Positions 28,541 to 36,683 of a stretch of 64,000 nucleotides of DNA are shown piece after piece. The stretch covers positions 123,743 to 187,742 of the forward strand of contig DAIMCS010000002.1 in the NCBI GenBank assembly GCA_036726225.1, read 5' to 3'. The DNA comes from Patescibacteria group bacterium (GTDB lineage Bacteria > Patescibacteriota > Doudnabacteria > UBA920). The position numbers and the translations under genes were made by a program. Every line of letters starts with the position of its first letter. Positions within the stretch are counted from its first letter, which is position 1. The notes under the pieces are model-generated. The model ran no database searches and was not told the DNA's origin. It was given only the letters and a program-made list of their open reading frames with translations.

Positions 28541-29122
28541 ATGGTAACCAAAACACCCACAACCTCCGCCAAAGGCGGATCCGCCTCTGGCGGAAAATCA
28601 ACAGCCATTAAAGCGCCTCGTAAGCCCAGAGGTGCTGCTAAACCTGTCAAAGCAAAAGAAGTCGAGGAAGTTAAAACTCACGCGACTGCTGTTCATCCGC
28701 ATCCTGTAGAGCATAAACCGGCTCATGCTGAAAAAGGCAGGTATATTTTTGCAACCGGACGCAGAAAAACCGCTATTGCTAACGTCAGACTTTTTGAAGG
28801 CAAAGGCGAACAGGTTGTAAATAAACTTCCGCTTAAAAATTATTTTAACTATTCTTTTTATTTCGACGAAGTCATAAGGCCTCTGGAAGTTACAGGTCTT
28901 GAAGGCAAATATCACTTTACTGCACACATAAATGGCGGCGGCCCGCACGCCCAAGCAACCGCTTTGCGCCACGGTATAAGCATCGCCTTAGGCAGCATTT
29001 CTCAGGAAGTTAGAAAAGTTTTAAAAAAGAACGGCTTTTTAACCCGCGACGACAGAAAGAAAGAACGTAAGAAACCGGGTTTGAAGCGTGCAAGACGTTC
29101 CCCACAGTGGGCCAAGCGTTAA
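28541..29122 (+). CDS. rpsI: 30S ribosomal protein S9 with ~60-aa K/A/P-rich N-terminal extension
   Basis: RYIFATGRRKTAIANVRL...GGGPHAQATALRHGISIAL...KRARRSPQWAKR. Confidence 0.9.
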   Translation: MVTKTPTTSAKGGSASGGKSTAIKAPRKPRGAAKPVKAKEVEEVKTHATAVHPHPVEHKPAHAEKGRYIFATGRRKTAIANVRLFEGKGEQVVNKLPLKNYFNYSFYFDEVIRPLEVTGLEGKYHFTAHINGGGPHAQATALRHGISIALGSISQEVRKVLKKNGFLTRDDRKKERKKPGLKRARRSPQWAKR

Positions 29123-29138
29123 TCATTGCAAATTTAAA

Positions 29139-29166
29139 AAGACCACACTTATGTGCGGTCTTTTTT
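29139..29166. terminator. Hairpin plus T-run between rpsI (+) and the 3' end of rnpB (-)
   Basis: agaccacacttatgtgcggtcttttttt. Confidence 0.6.
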
Positions 29167-29168
29167 AA

Positions 29169-29512
29169 TGCTTTAAGCAAACTCGTAAGCCGAATTCTGT
29201 TTCTAAATAATCATCTATCTGGTCACGTTATTGCTAACGTGATCAAGCAACCTACCTAATTTGGTCTTGCACTCAAGTAAGGATTTGGCCGTTTCACCTT
29301 TAATGTTTCCATCAAAGCTAATCTCTTGCGAGATCCTTGGCGTCTTTCGTACCAAGCGTCTCTGTTCGCACCTCTAGGATTACTCCCGACGGGAATTACC
29401 CGCTACCAGTTTTGATAACTCATATGAGGCTATCAAATAAGTGTTCGGACTTTCCTCCCCAACCGGCATCTTGCGATGCCAATTAAAGCGATTATTCGGT
29501 TTGCTTAAAGCC
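29169..29512 (-). ncRNA. rnpB: RNase P RNA, bacterial type A
   Basis: The minus-strand reading contains GGGGAGGAAAGTCCG (P4 / CR-I), AAAGGTGAAACGGCC (GGUGAAA region) and ACAGAATTCGGCTTACGAG (ACAGAAnCCGGCUUA, CR-V). The P1 stem is gctttaagcaaac / gtttgcttaaagc. Length ~344 nt. Confidence 0.85.
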
Positions 29513-29533
29513 TAAAAAGTTTAACAAAAATAG

Positions 29534-29656
29534 TTGTTTTTGTCAAGGGAAAATGGTATAATAACTACAGAAAATTTTTGAAACACTACAGATAACTACA
29601 GAAAAATAAGCCAGTTACTTCTGTAGTCATCTGTAGATTTTTTTAGCTTCTGTAGT
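29534..29656 (+). promoter_or_regulatory. Promoter (TTGTCA ... extended -10 TGgTATAAT) followed by an array of CTACAGA / TCTGTAG direct and inverted repeats upstream of the initiating glycosyltransferase
   Basis: ggtataataactacagaaaatttttgaaacactacagataactacagaaaaataagccagttacttctgtagtcatctgtagatttttttagcttctgtagtttATG: three CTACAGA then three TCTGTAG. Confidence 0.6.
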
Positions 29657-29658
29657 TT

Positions 29659-31113
29659 ATGAAAAAAACCGAGCTTATTTTTAACCTTATTTCAATTGGT
29701 TTTGACGCTGTTTTTCTGCTCCTGGCGGGGATCGCGTCTTTTTATTTGAGGCAGACGAATTTTGCCACCAGGATAGTCGGCCACCCTGTAAGTTACGATT
29801 TGCAATTTCAGCAATTTATTTCTTCGGCTTACTCCGTGCTTCCGGTTTTGCTTTTAATTTTCGCGGCTTTAGGGCTGTATAATTTAAAAGGTACCCGAAA
29901 GTTTTCTTCCGAAATTGGGAGAATTATGGTCGGCACTTCGCTTAGCTTGCTGCTCATTATTTTAATTTTCTTTTTTAACACCAATTTTTTTGAGGACATA
30001 TTCCCTTCCAGGTTTATAATTCTTGCTGCCTGGGCTTTGGGGACATTGTTTGTCATTTTTGGCAGAACGCTTTTAAAACAGCTGCAAGTGTTAACGTTTA
30101 AAAATAATATAGGTTTGCATAAGTTGGTAATTATAAACGGCGGTCCCGAGCTCGACGTTATTGAAAGTATTTTGAAAAAAAAGGAACATGGTTATGAAAT
30201 TACCGGCGAATTCGCTTTTTCTGAAAATATTTTTGAGCAGCTGGAAAAATTGTATGAAGAAGGCAGGGTGGATGAAATTTTACAGGGCAATTCCAACTTG
30301 AATGACTCTGCAAATTTAAAATTGGTGCAATTTGCGCGTGACAAAGGCTTAAAATTCAGCTTTGTGCCCAATTTGTTTGAGGTGCAAAGAAACATTATTG
30401 AAACTGACAATTTAGACGGTATTCCGCTTATCAGTTTAAAAAATACTCCATTGGACGGCTGGGGCAAAGTGGTAAAGAGAATTATGGATATTATTTTAAG
30501 CGCGGTATGTCTTATTGCTACGTCGCCAATATTTTTAATTGTTTCCGTTCTAATTAAGTTCGATTCGGCCGGTAAAGTTATTTATTCTGCCGTTCGCGGC
30601 GGGCGCGGCAAAAATTTTAAGTTTTACAAATTCAGGAGTATGTACAGCCATTTAAGCATTGGCGAGGACTACGGCGGCCGGCAGGCGGAACAACTTAGAG
30701 AGCAGCTTTGGGAAAAAAATGACCGTGGCGGCAAAGAAGGGCCGTTTTTAAAAATTAAAGACGACCCTCGTGTGACTAAAATTGGCCGTTTTTTGCGCAG
30801 GACCAAACTGGACGAAATCCCGCAGTTTTGGAACGTGTTTGTGGGGGATATGAGTATGGTGGGCCCCAGGGCGCACGTGTTAGATGAGGTCGACAGGTAC
30901 AGGAACCGCTACCCCAGAATGTTTAGCATTAAGCCCGGGACTTTTGGGCTTTCACAAATTGCGCAAATGAACTGGCCGGATTTGCCGTTTGAGGAAGAAA
31001 TTAGGCTGAACACTTTTTATATTGAGAACTGGTCGCTGTGGCTGGATGTAAAAATTTTAGCAAAAAGTTTTTGGCAGCTGTTTTTTGGAAAAAAGCCCAA
31101 GGCAAACTATTAG
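29659..31113 (+). CDS. Undecaprenyl-phosphate hexose-1-phosphate transferase (WbaP/WcaJ-like 'bacterial sugar transferase')
   Basis: N-terminal TM bundle plus C-terminal catalytic domain with IMDIILSAVCLIATSPIFLIV...KFRSM...KDDPRVTKIGRFLRRTKLDEIPQFWNVFVGDMSMVGPR. Confidence 0.85.
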   Translation: MKKTELIFNLISIGFDAVFLLLAGIASFYLRQTNFATRIVGHPVSYDLQFQQFISSAYSVLPVLLLIFAALGLYNLKGTRKFSSEIGRIMVGTSLSLLLIILIFFFNTNFFEDIFPSRFIILAAWALGTLFVIFGRTLLKQLQVLTFKNNIGLHKLVIINGGPELDVIESILKKKEHGYEITGEFAFSENIFEQLEKLYEEGRVDEILQGNSNLNDSANLKLVQFARDKGLKFSFVPNLFEVQRNIIETDNLDGIPLISLKNTPLDGWGKVVKRIMDIILSAVCLIATSPIFLIVSVLIKFDSAGKVIYSAVRGGRGKNFKFYKFRSMYSHLSIGEDYGGRQAEQLREQLWEKNDRGGKEGPFLKIKDDPRVTKIGRFLRRTKLDEIPQFWNVFVGDMSMVGPRAHVLDEVDRYRNRYPRMFSIKPGTFGLSQIAQMNWPDLPFEEEIRLNTFYIENWSLWLDVKILAKSFWQLFFGKKPKANY

Positions 31114-31196
31114 AGTGAACAAGATTGATCAAGATTGACAAGAATGTCATCTAAAATCATGTCAATCTTTTAAATCTTATTTATTCTTGGTCAATT
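31114..31196 (+). repeat. Intergenic repeat-family element abutting the GT4 start (copy D)
   Basis: agtgaacaagattgatcaagattgacaagaatgtcatctaaaatcatgtcaatctt...cttggtcaattATG. Confidence 0.7.
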
Positions 31197-32270
31197 ATGA
31201 GGATCGCATTAGCACATGATTCCCTTACTCAAATGGGCGGGGCGGAAAGAGTGGTAGATGCATTACACGAACTTTTTCCAAACGCGCCTGTTTTTACATT
31301 GGTCTTTGACCCAAAGTTTAAAGAAAAGTATAAAGATTGGGACATTCAAACTTCACCACTACAGTCGCTGTACTTGGTTTTAGGAAAACTGCAATATTGT
31401 TTGCCGCTAATCCCGTGGGCGGTGGACCAGCTAAACTTTAGCGGCTACGATTTAGTTATTTCCTCCAGCTCGGGTTTTGTAAAAAATATCCGTGTGCCAA
31501 AAAATTGTGTGCATATAAATTATTGTCACACCCCAACCAGATTTTTGTGGAGCGATAACGATTATGTCAAACAGGAAGTAAATTTTTTCCTAAGGCCTTT
31601 TGTAAAAGTTTTTTTATCTAAAATGCGGAAGTGGGATTTAATTGGCGCCAAAAGGGTAACGCATTTTATTGCCAATTCAAAAGAAGTCCAGGATAGAATC
31701 CAAAAATATTATCAGCGTACTAGTACGCTGATATACCCGTTTGTGGATTCAAAATTTTGGAATTCGACAACGCCTAAGGGCGATTACTTCTTACTTGCAG
31801 GCAGGCTACATCCCCATAAAAAAAATGACCTTATTGTGGAAGTTTTTAATGACCTAAATATCCCGCTCCACGTTGTGGGTACAGGGAGGCAAGAGGGTTA
31901 TTTGAAGTCGATTGCTAAGCAAAATATTAGCTTTTTGGGCAGAATAAGCGACGAAGCGCTTAGGGATGAGTATAGCGCTGCTTTAGGGTTTATTTACCCA
32001 CAAATTGAAGATTTTGGCCTTATGCCACTGGAAGCCGCCGGCTGCGGCACAGCCACACTGGCTTACGGTGAGGGCGGCGCTAAAGAGACTGTTCTGCCCG
32101 GGGTAACCGGGGAGCTGTTTGACTCTTACAATGAGGAGAAAATTAAGCAGATGGTTTTGTCTTGGGATGCAAAAAAATATCGAACGGATGACTTAAAAAA
32201 CCAGGCAGAGAAATTTAGTAAAGAAAAATTTAAAAGTGAAATGTTAAATTTTGTAAAATCCCATGTCTGA
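31197..32270 (+). CDS. Family 4 glycosyltransferase; contains the 22-bp palindrome ATCAGCGTACTAGTACGCTGAT at 31720-31741
   Basis: GT-B C-terminal motif LAGRLHPHKKNDL...EDFGLMPLEAAGCGTATLAYGEGGAKETV. Confidence 0.85.
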   Translation: MRIALAHDSLTQMGGAERVVDALHELFPNAPVFTLVFDPKFKEKYKDWDIQTSPLQSLYLVLGKLQYCLPLIPWAVDQLNFSGYDLVISSSSGFVKNIRVPKNCVHINYCHTPTRFLWSDNDYVKQEVNFFLRPFVKVFLSKMRKWDLIGAKRVTHFIANSKEVQDRIQKYYQRTSTLIYPFVDSKFWNSTTPKGDYFLLAGRLHPHKKNDLIVEVFNDLNIPLHVVGTGRQEGYLKSIAKQNISFLGRISDEALRDEYSAALGFIYPQIEDFGLMPLEAAGCGTATLAYGEGGAKETVLPGVTGELFDSYNEEKIKQMVLSWDAKKYRTDDLKNQAEKFSKEKFKSEMLNFVKSHV

Positions 32271-33417
32271 AAACATACCCCAAAAAGGCGGGCCTGCCTC
32301 CGGCAGAAAAATTGCTATTGATTTAAGGAGTCTGTCTTCAGGCCGGGTTTCGGGGGTGGAAAATTACTGTTTGAATCTGCTGGAGAGTATGCCGCCGCTG
32401 GATAATCGCAACCAATATACATTTTTTTACAACTCACTGCGCAGACGCAAACTGCCCGATTTTCATTTTGTTAATTCCACCGTCCGCCATAGTCATATCC
32501 CCAACAAAATTTTAAATTTGGCATTAAAGTTAAACCTTACCAAGCTGGAAAATTTTATAGGAGAAACAGATTGGATTTTTATGCCTAATTTAAACCAATT
32601 TTCAATATATCCCAAATCCAAACTTGCCGTAACTGTTCACGACCTTTCGCCGGTTATGGCACCTGAATTCTATAATGTAAAAAGGAGGCTGTGGCATAAA
32701 TTTTTAAACTATAAAAAAGCTTTGGAAAGGGCGGATATTATTTTTACCGTGTCGGAATATACAAAAAACGATCTTATAAAAATTTTTAGTGTTCCCGCCG
32801 AAAAAATTAAAGTTGTTTACCCGGGGGTAAGCCACAAAGCTTTTCATCCGAACCTGCCGGAAAATTATTTAAGGGAAGTTAGAAATTTGTACAGTTTGCC
32901 CGGAAAATTTATTTTATTTTTAAACACAGTTGAGCCCAGGAAAAATTTAGGCACACTCGTTAAAGCTTTTGAAAAATTGCAGGACTCGACTAATTTGGTC
33001 GTGGCCGGAAGGCTTGGATGGAAGTATCGGGCAGATTTTAAGTTAATAAATAACAGCAGGAAATTGAACAAAATAAAATATATTGGCTACGTACAAGAGC
33101 AACATAAGCCCGCGCTTATTAAACTTGCTTCTGCTTTGGTTTACCCTTCGTTTTATGAAGGTTTTGGTTTCCAGTTACTTGAAGCCATGGCTGTGGGTAC
33201 ACCTGTGGTTGCCAGTCAGTTAACTTCTATTCCCGAGGTTACGGGTGATGCAGCATTGCTAGTTAACCCTTATGATGAAAATAGTTTAGCTGAAGCTTTG
33301 AGCGAAGTTTTAAATAATGAGGGCTTGAGGCAGGCATTGGTCGCTAAGGGAATTAGGCGGGCACAGCATTTCAACTGGCAAAAAACCGCCACAGGGATAT
33401 TGGGAGGATTGAAATAA
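32263..33417 (+). CDS. Family 4 glycosyltransferase
   Basis: EGFGFQLLEAMAVGTPVVASQLTSIPEVTGDAALLVNP. Confidence 0.88.
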   Translation: MSENIPQKGGPASGRKIAIDLRSLSSGRVSGVENYCLNLLESMPPLDNRNQYTFFYNSLRRRKLPDFHFVNSTVRHSHIPNKILNLALKLNLTKLENFIGETDWIFMPNLNQFSIYPKSKLAVTVHDLSPVMAPEFYNVKRRLWHKFLNYKKALERADIIFTVSEYTKNDLIKIFSVPAEKIKVVYPGVSHKAFHPNLPENYLREVRNLYSLPGKFILFLNTVEPRKNLGTLVKAFEKLQDSTNLVVAGRLGWKYRADFKLINNSRKLNKIKYIGYVQEQHKPALIKLASALVYPSFYEGFGFQLLEAMAVGTPVVASQLTSIPEVTGDAALLVNPYDENSLAEALSEVLNNEGLRQALVAKGIRRAQHFNWQKTATGILGGLK

Positions 33418-33418
33418 T

Positions 33419-34603
33419 ATGAATAATTACACGCTCTCCAAAGGCCGGTCCCTGCCTGTCCGGCAGGCAGGCGCCTTCGGCAGAAAAATCGGCTTAGATT
33501 TAAGGCTATTTGGCACAGCTCACGGGGGCATTGGCAGGTACTGCGAACAGCTTTTCCCGCGGCTTTTAAAATTGGACAAAGCAAACCAATATTTTGCCTT
33601 TGTGAATTCCAAAATGCTTCACACAGGCGCTTTAAAAGCGCTGGAAAGTTTGAATAACTGCAAAATTGTGGAAACAAATGCCAGGCATTATTCTTTTGGC
33701 GAGCAGCTAAGCTTTTTAAGGCTGTTAAATAAATATAAATTGGATTTAGTCCATTTCCCGAATTTTAATATGCCGATTTTCTACAAACGCCCGTTTGTAG
33801 TTACTATCCATGACATGGTTCACCATAAAATTAGCGGTGCAAAAAAAAGTCATCTGCTGCATTTTTTAGCCTATAAAAAAGTAATTGAGACCGCGGGCAG
33901 GCAGTCAAAAAAAATTATCACAGTATCCCAGGCTTCCAAAAAAGACATAAGCAATTTTTTGCAAATTCCCAATGACAAAATCGAGGTAATTTACGAAGCC
34001 GCATCTTTAAGTCCCCAAATCCAGGCCGCAAAAGTTTTAGAAATAAAAAAGAGCTACCTTTTAAGCAGCCCGTATTTTTTGTTTGTCGGGGTATTGGAAC
34101 GCAAGAAAAATTTAATTAATTTAACCAGGGGGTTTGACTATTTTTTACAAAAATATAAATTGAAAATGGACCTGGTTTTGGTCGGAAAAAAAGATCCGCA
34201 CTACCCGGACATTAAGCATAAGGCTATGGACATTAAGCATAAAGACAACTTAGTTTTTGCAGACCAGGTGGATGATGAAGAATTGGCAGCTCTCTATAGC
34301 GGGGCTTATGCTTTTACCTCGGCTTCTTTACATGAAGGCTTTGGCTTGCCCGGGGTAGAGGCTTTGAGTTTTGGTTTGCCGCTGCTTGCTTCTAATATTG
34401 AAGTTTTTAATGAAATCTATGACAACGCTGCTATGTATTTTAACCCGCTTGACCCGGCCGATATAGCTGAAAAAATGAACCTGCTGGCAAGGGACAAACA
34501 ATTTTACGAACAAATGAGCAAGAAAAGTTTAGAAAGGGCTCAAAAGTTTGGCTGGGACGAGGCAGCTGCGGCCACTTTAGAAGTATACAAACAAATTTTA
34601 TGA
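33419..34603 (+). CDS. Family 4 glycosyltransferase with an in-frame palindrome insertion near the N-terminus
   Basis: EGFGLPGVEALSFGLPLLASNIEVFNEIY. The N-terminus aligns to the upstream paralog (GRKIaIDLR) except for the extra LPVRQAGA encoded by cctgcctgtccggcaggcagg. Confidence 0.88.
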   Translation: MNNYTLSKGRSLPVRQAGAFGRKIGLDLRLFGTAHGGIGRYCEQLFPRLLKLDKANQYFAFVNSKMLHTGALKALESLNNCKIVETNARHYSFGEQLSFLRLLNKYKLDLVHFPNFNMPIFYKRPFVVTIHDMVHHKISGAKKSHLLHFLAYKKVIETAGRQSKKIITVSQASKKDISNFLQIPNDKIEVIYEAASLSPQIQAAKVLEIKKSYLLSSPYFLFVGVLERKKNLINLTRGFDYFLQKYKLKMDLVLVGKKDPHYPDIKHKAMDIKHKDNLVFADQVDDEELAALYSGAYAFTSASLHEGFGLPGVEALSFGLPLLASNIEVFNEIYDNAAMYFNPLDPADIAEKMNLLARDKQFYEQMSKKSLERAQKFGWDEAAAATLEVYKQIL

Positions 34604-35694
34604 AGATATTACTTGTGGGCGGCGGAAGCGGCGGGCCGGTTGCACCGCTATTGGCCGTTGCCCGGGCAATAAAAAAGAATCATCAAAAAACCGACTTTTT
34701 ACTGGTGGGGGGCAAGAGTGGCCCCGAAAAACTTATGGCGCAAAATGCGGGGCTTGCTTTTGAAGCTATTAATGCAGGCAAACTAAGGCGCTATTTTTCC
34801 CTTAAAAATTTTGGCTCACCCTTTTTAACTTTAGCCGGTTTTATCCAAAGCCTGAAAATTTTAAAAAAGTTTAAGCCTGACTGCGTTTTTGGCACGGGCA
34901 GCTTTATTCAAGTCCCCATGGTTTGGGCTGCGGGGCTTTTAAACATTCCGGTAGTCTTACACCAGCAGGATGTCGCACCGAGTCTGGCAAACAGGTTATG
35001 CCAGCTTATGGCAAAAAAAATTACGGTCAGCTTTGAGTCCAGCTTAAAGGATTTTGCTTCATCTTTAGGTGTTTTTTACAAGAAAAATCAGGATAAAGTT
35101 ATTTTAACCGGCAATCCCTTTAGGGAAGAACTAAAAGAAGGCAGCAGGCAACAGGGACTTAAGATTTTTAATCTAAAAAGCGATTTGCCGACTTTGCTGG
35201 TTTTAGGAGGCGGCACCGGGGCAGAGTTTATTAACGAATTAATAAAAGGATGTCTACCGAAGCTTTCTAAAAGCGTGCAAATTATCCACTCAACCGGTGC
35301 GGGCAAACAGACTTTGGAAGAGAGCGAGAATTACCACCCTTTTGAGTTTATAAAAGATATGGGAGAGGCTTATGCTGTAGCTGATATTGTTTTGGCCAGG
35401 GCAGGACTTTCCACCTTAGCTGAATTGTCAAACCTTAAGAAAGTAAGTATAATAATCCCCATACCGCAAAGCCACCAGGAAATAAATGCGCTGTATTTGG
35501 CGCACACCCAGGCAGCCATTACGCTTAACCAAAACCGCACAACCCCAAACGGCTTTACCGCACTTATTAGGAAATTATTGTTTGCTCACGATTTTTTGGA
35601 AGTGCTTAAAGAGAATATTGAAAAAGTAATGCCCCATAATTCCGGCGAGATGATTGCGGAGATAATTGTGAAGGAATCATTAAAAGATGGATAA
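34600..35694 (+). CDS. murG: GT28 family glycosyltransferase, MurG-like
   Basis: MKILLVGGGSGGPVAPLLAVARAI N-terminal glycine loop; C-terminal GGGTGAEFINELI. It sits between the GT4 cluster and murC/murB, so the substrate (lipid I or another acceptor) is not certain. Confidence 0.65.
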   Translation: MKILLVGGGSGGPVAPLLAVARAIKKNHQKTDFLLVGGKSGPEKLMAQNAGLAFEAINAGKLRRYFSLKNFGSPFLTLAGFIQSLKILKKFKPDCVFGTGSFIQVPMVWAAGLLNIPVVLHQQDVAPSLANRLCQLMAKKITVSFESSLKDFASSLGVFYKKNQDKVILTGNPFREELKEGSRQQGLKIFNLKSDLPTLLVLGGGTGAEFINELIKGCLPKLSKSVQIIHSTGAGKQTLEESENYHPFEFIKDMGEAYAVADIVLARAGLSTLAELSNLKKVSIIIPIPQSHQEINALYLAHTQAAITLNQNRTTPNGFTALIRKLLFAHDFLEVLKENIEKVMPHNSGEMIAEIIVKESLKDG

Positions 35695-36679
35695 TTTAAA
35701 CAGACCAAAATTGGGTTTGGCTTTAAGCGGCGCGGCTGCAAGGTCAGTTTTCTACATAGGTTTTTTGGAAGTCCTGCAGGAAAACCAAATCCACATAGAT
35801 TACATTTCCGCCAACTCCGGCGCGTGCATAGTGGCCGCGGCTTTTGCCTGCGGGACACTTTCCGAGCTAAAAGAAAAAGCACTTTCTATGGATAAAGAGT
35901 TTTTATTTTCCATAATCCAAAGAAGCAAAGACAAGGGCGGCCTTTACAGTATGGATAAAGTGGAGGAGGCTTTCCAAAAATACACCAAAGGTATGAATTT
36001 TGAGCAGGTCAGGCCGCTAATGGGTTTTACCTGCACTAATATTAACAGCGGCGAGGAAATTATTTTAACTATGGGCGACATTGCTAAAGCCATTTCGGCT
36101 TCCTGCGCGCTACCCGGAATTTTTAAACCTGTGCGCTGGGGACAGTGGGACTTGGTAGACGGCGGTTTGGTAAGCATAGTGCCGGGCCACGCTGCCAGGA
36201 CAGCGGGCTGTGACGCGGTTATTGGCATTTATGTTTCGCCAAAAGAGCGGGTGTTTAACAATTTTGAAATCGCTATTAAAAAGACTGTGAATTTTTTTTA
36301 CAGGCTCTTCGGTTTTCACGGGGCAAGGCGTATGTTTAGGAGTTTTATGAGCGTTTTAGAAAAAAATAAATATTTTAGTTACTTTTATGACCTGGAAGAA
36401 GCAGAGCCAAAAACCTCCGGGATGTTTGAAATTTTAGGCAAGGCCATGGACATTGCCATAAAAGCCCAAAATAAACAGCACTTGCTGCCGCCAAATTTTG
36501 ATTGTGATTTTATAATAAGGCCCACTCTGCCCACGGAATCGGCGTTTAAACGTCTTTCTTATTTGTACTTGGCAGATTTTAGCGGTTCAAAGCGGCTTTA
36601 TGAGTTTGGCCGGCAAACCGCAACCAGCAGTTTGCCCAGGATAAAAAATTTGCTTTTAGAAAAATCTAAAGAACTTTAA
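35687..36679 (+). CDS. Patatin-like phospholipase family protein with non-canonical nucleophile motif
   Basis: LALSGAAARSVFYIGFLEVL (oxyanion-region analogue), DGGLVSIVP (Asp of dyad). The canonical GxSxG is replaced by SANSGAC. Confidence 0.55.
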   Translation: MDNLNRPKLGLALSGAAARSVFYIGFLEVLQENQIHIDYISANSGACIVAAAFACGTLSELKEKALSMDKEFLFSIIQRSKDKGGLYSMDKVEEAFQKYTKGMNFEQVRPLMGFTCTNINSGEEIILTMGDIAKAISASCALPGIFKPVRWGQWDLVDGGLVSIVPGHAARTAGCDAVIGIYVSPKERVFNNFEIAIKKTVNFFYRLFGFHGARRMFRSFMSVLEKNKYFSYFYDLEEAEPKTSGMFEILGKAMDIAIKAQNKQHLLPPNFDCDFIIRPTLPTESAFKRLSYLYLADFSGSKRLYEFGRQTATSSLPRIKNLLLEKSKEL

Positions 36680-36683
36680 ATGT

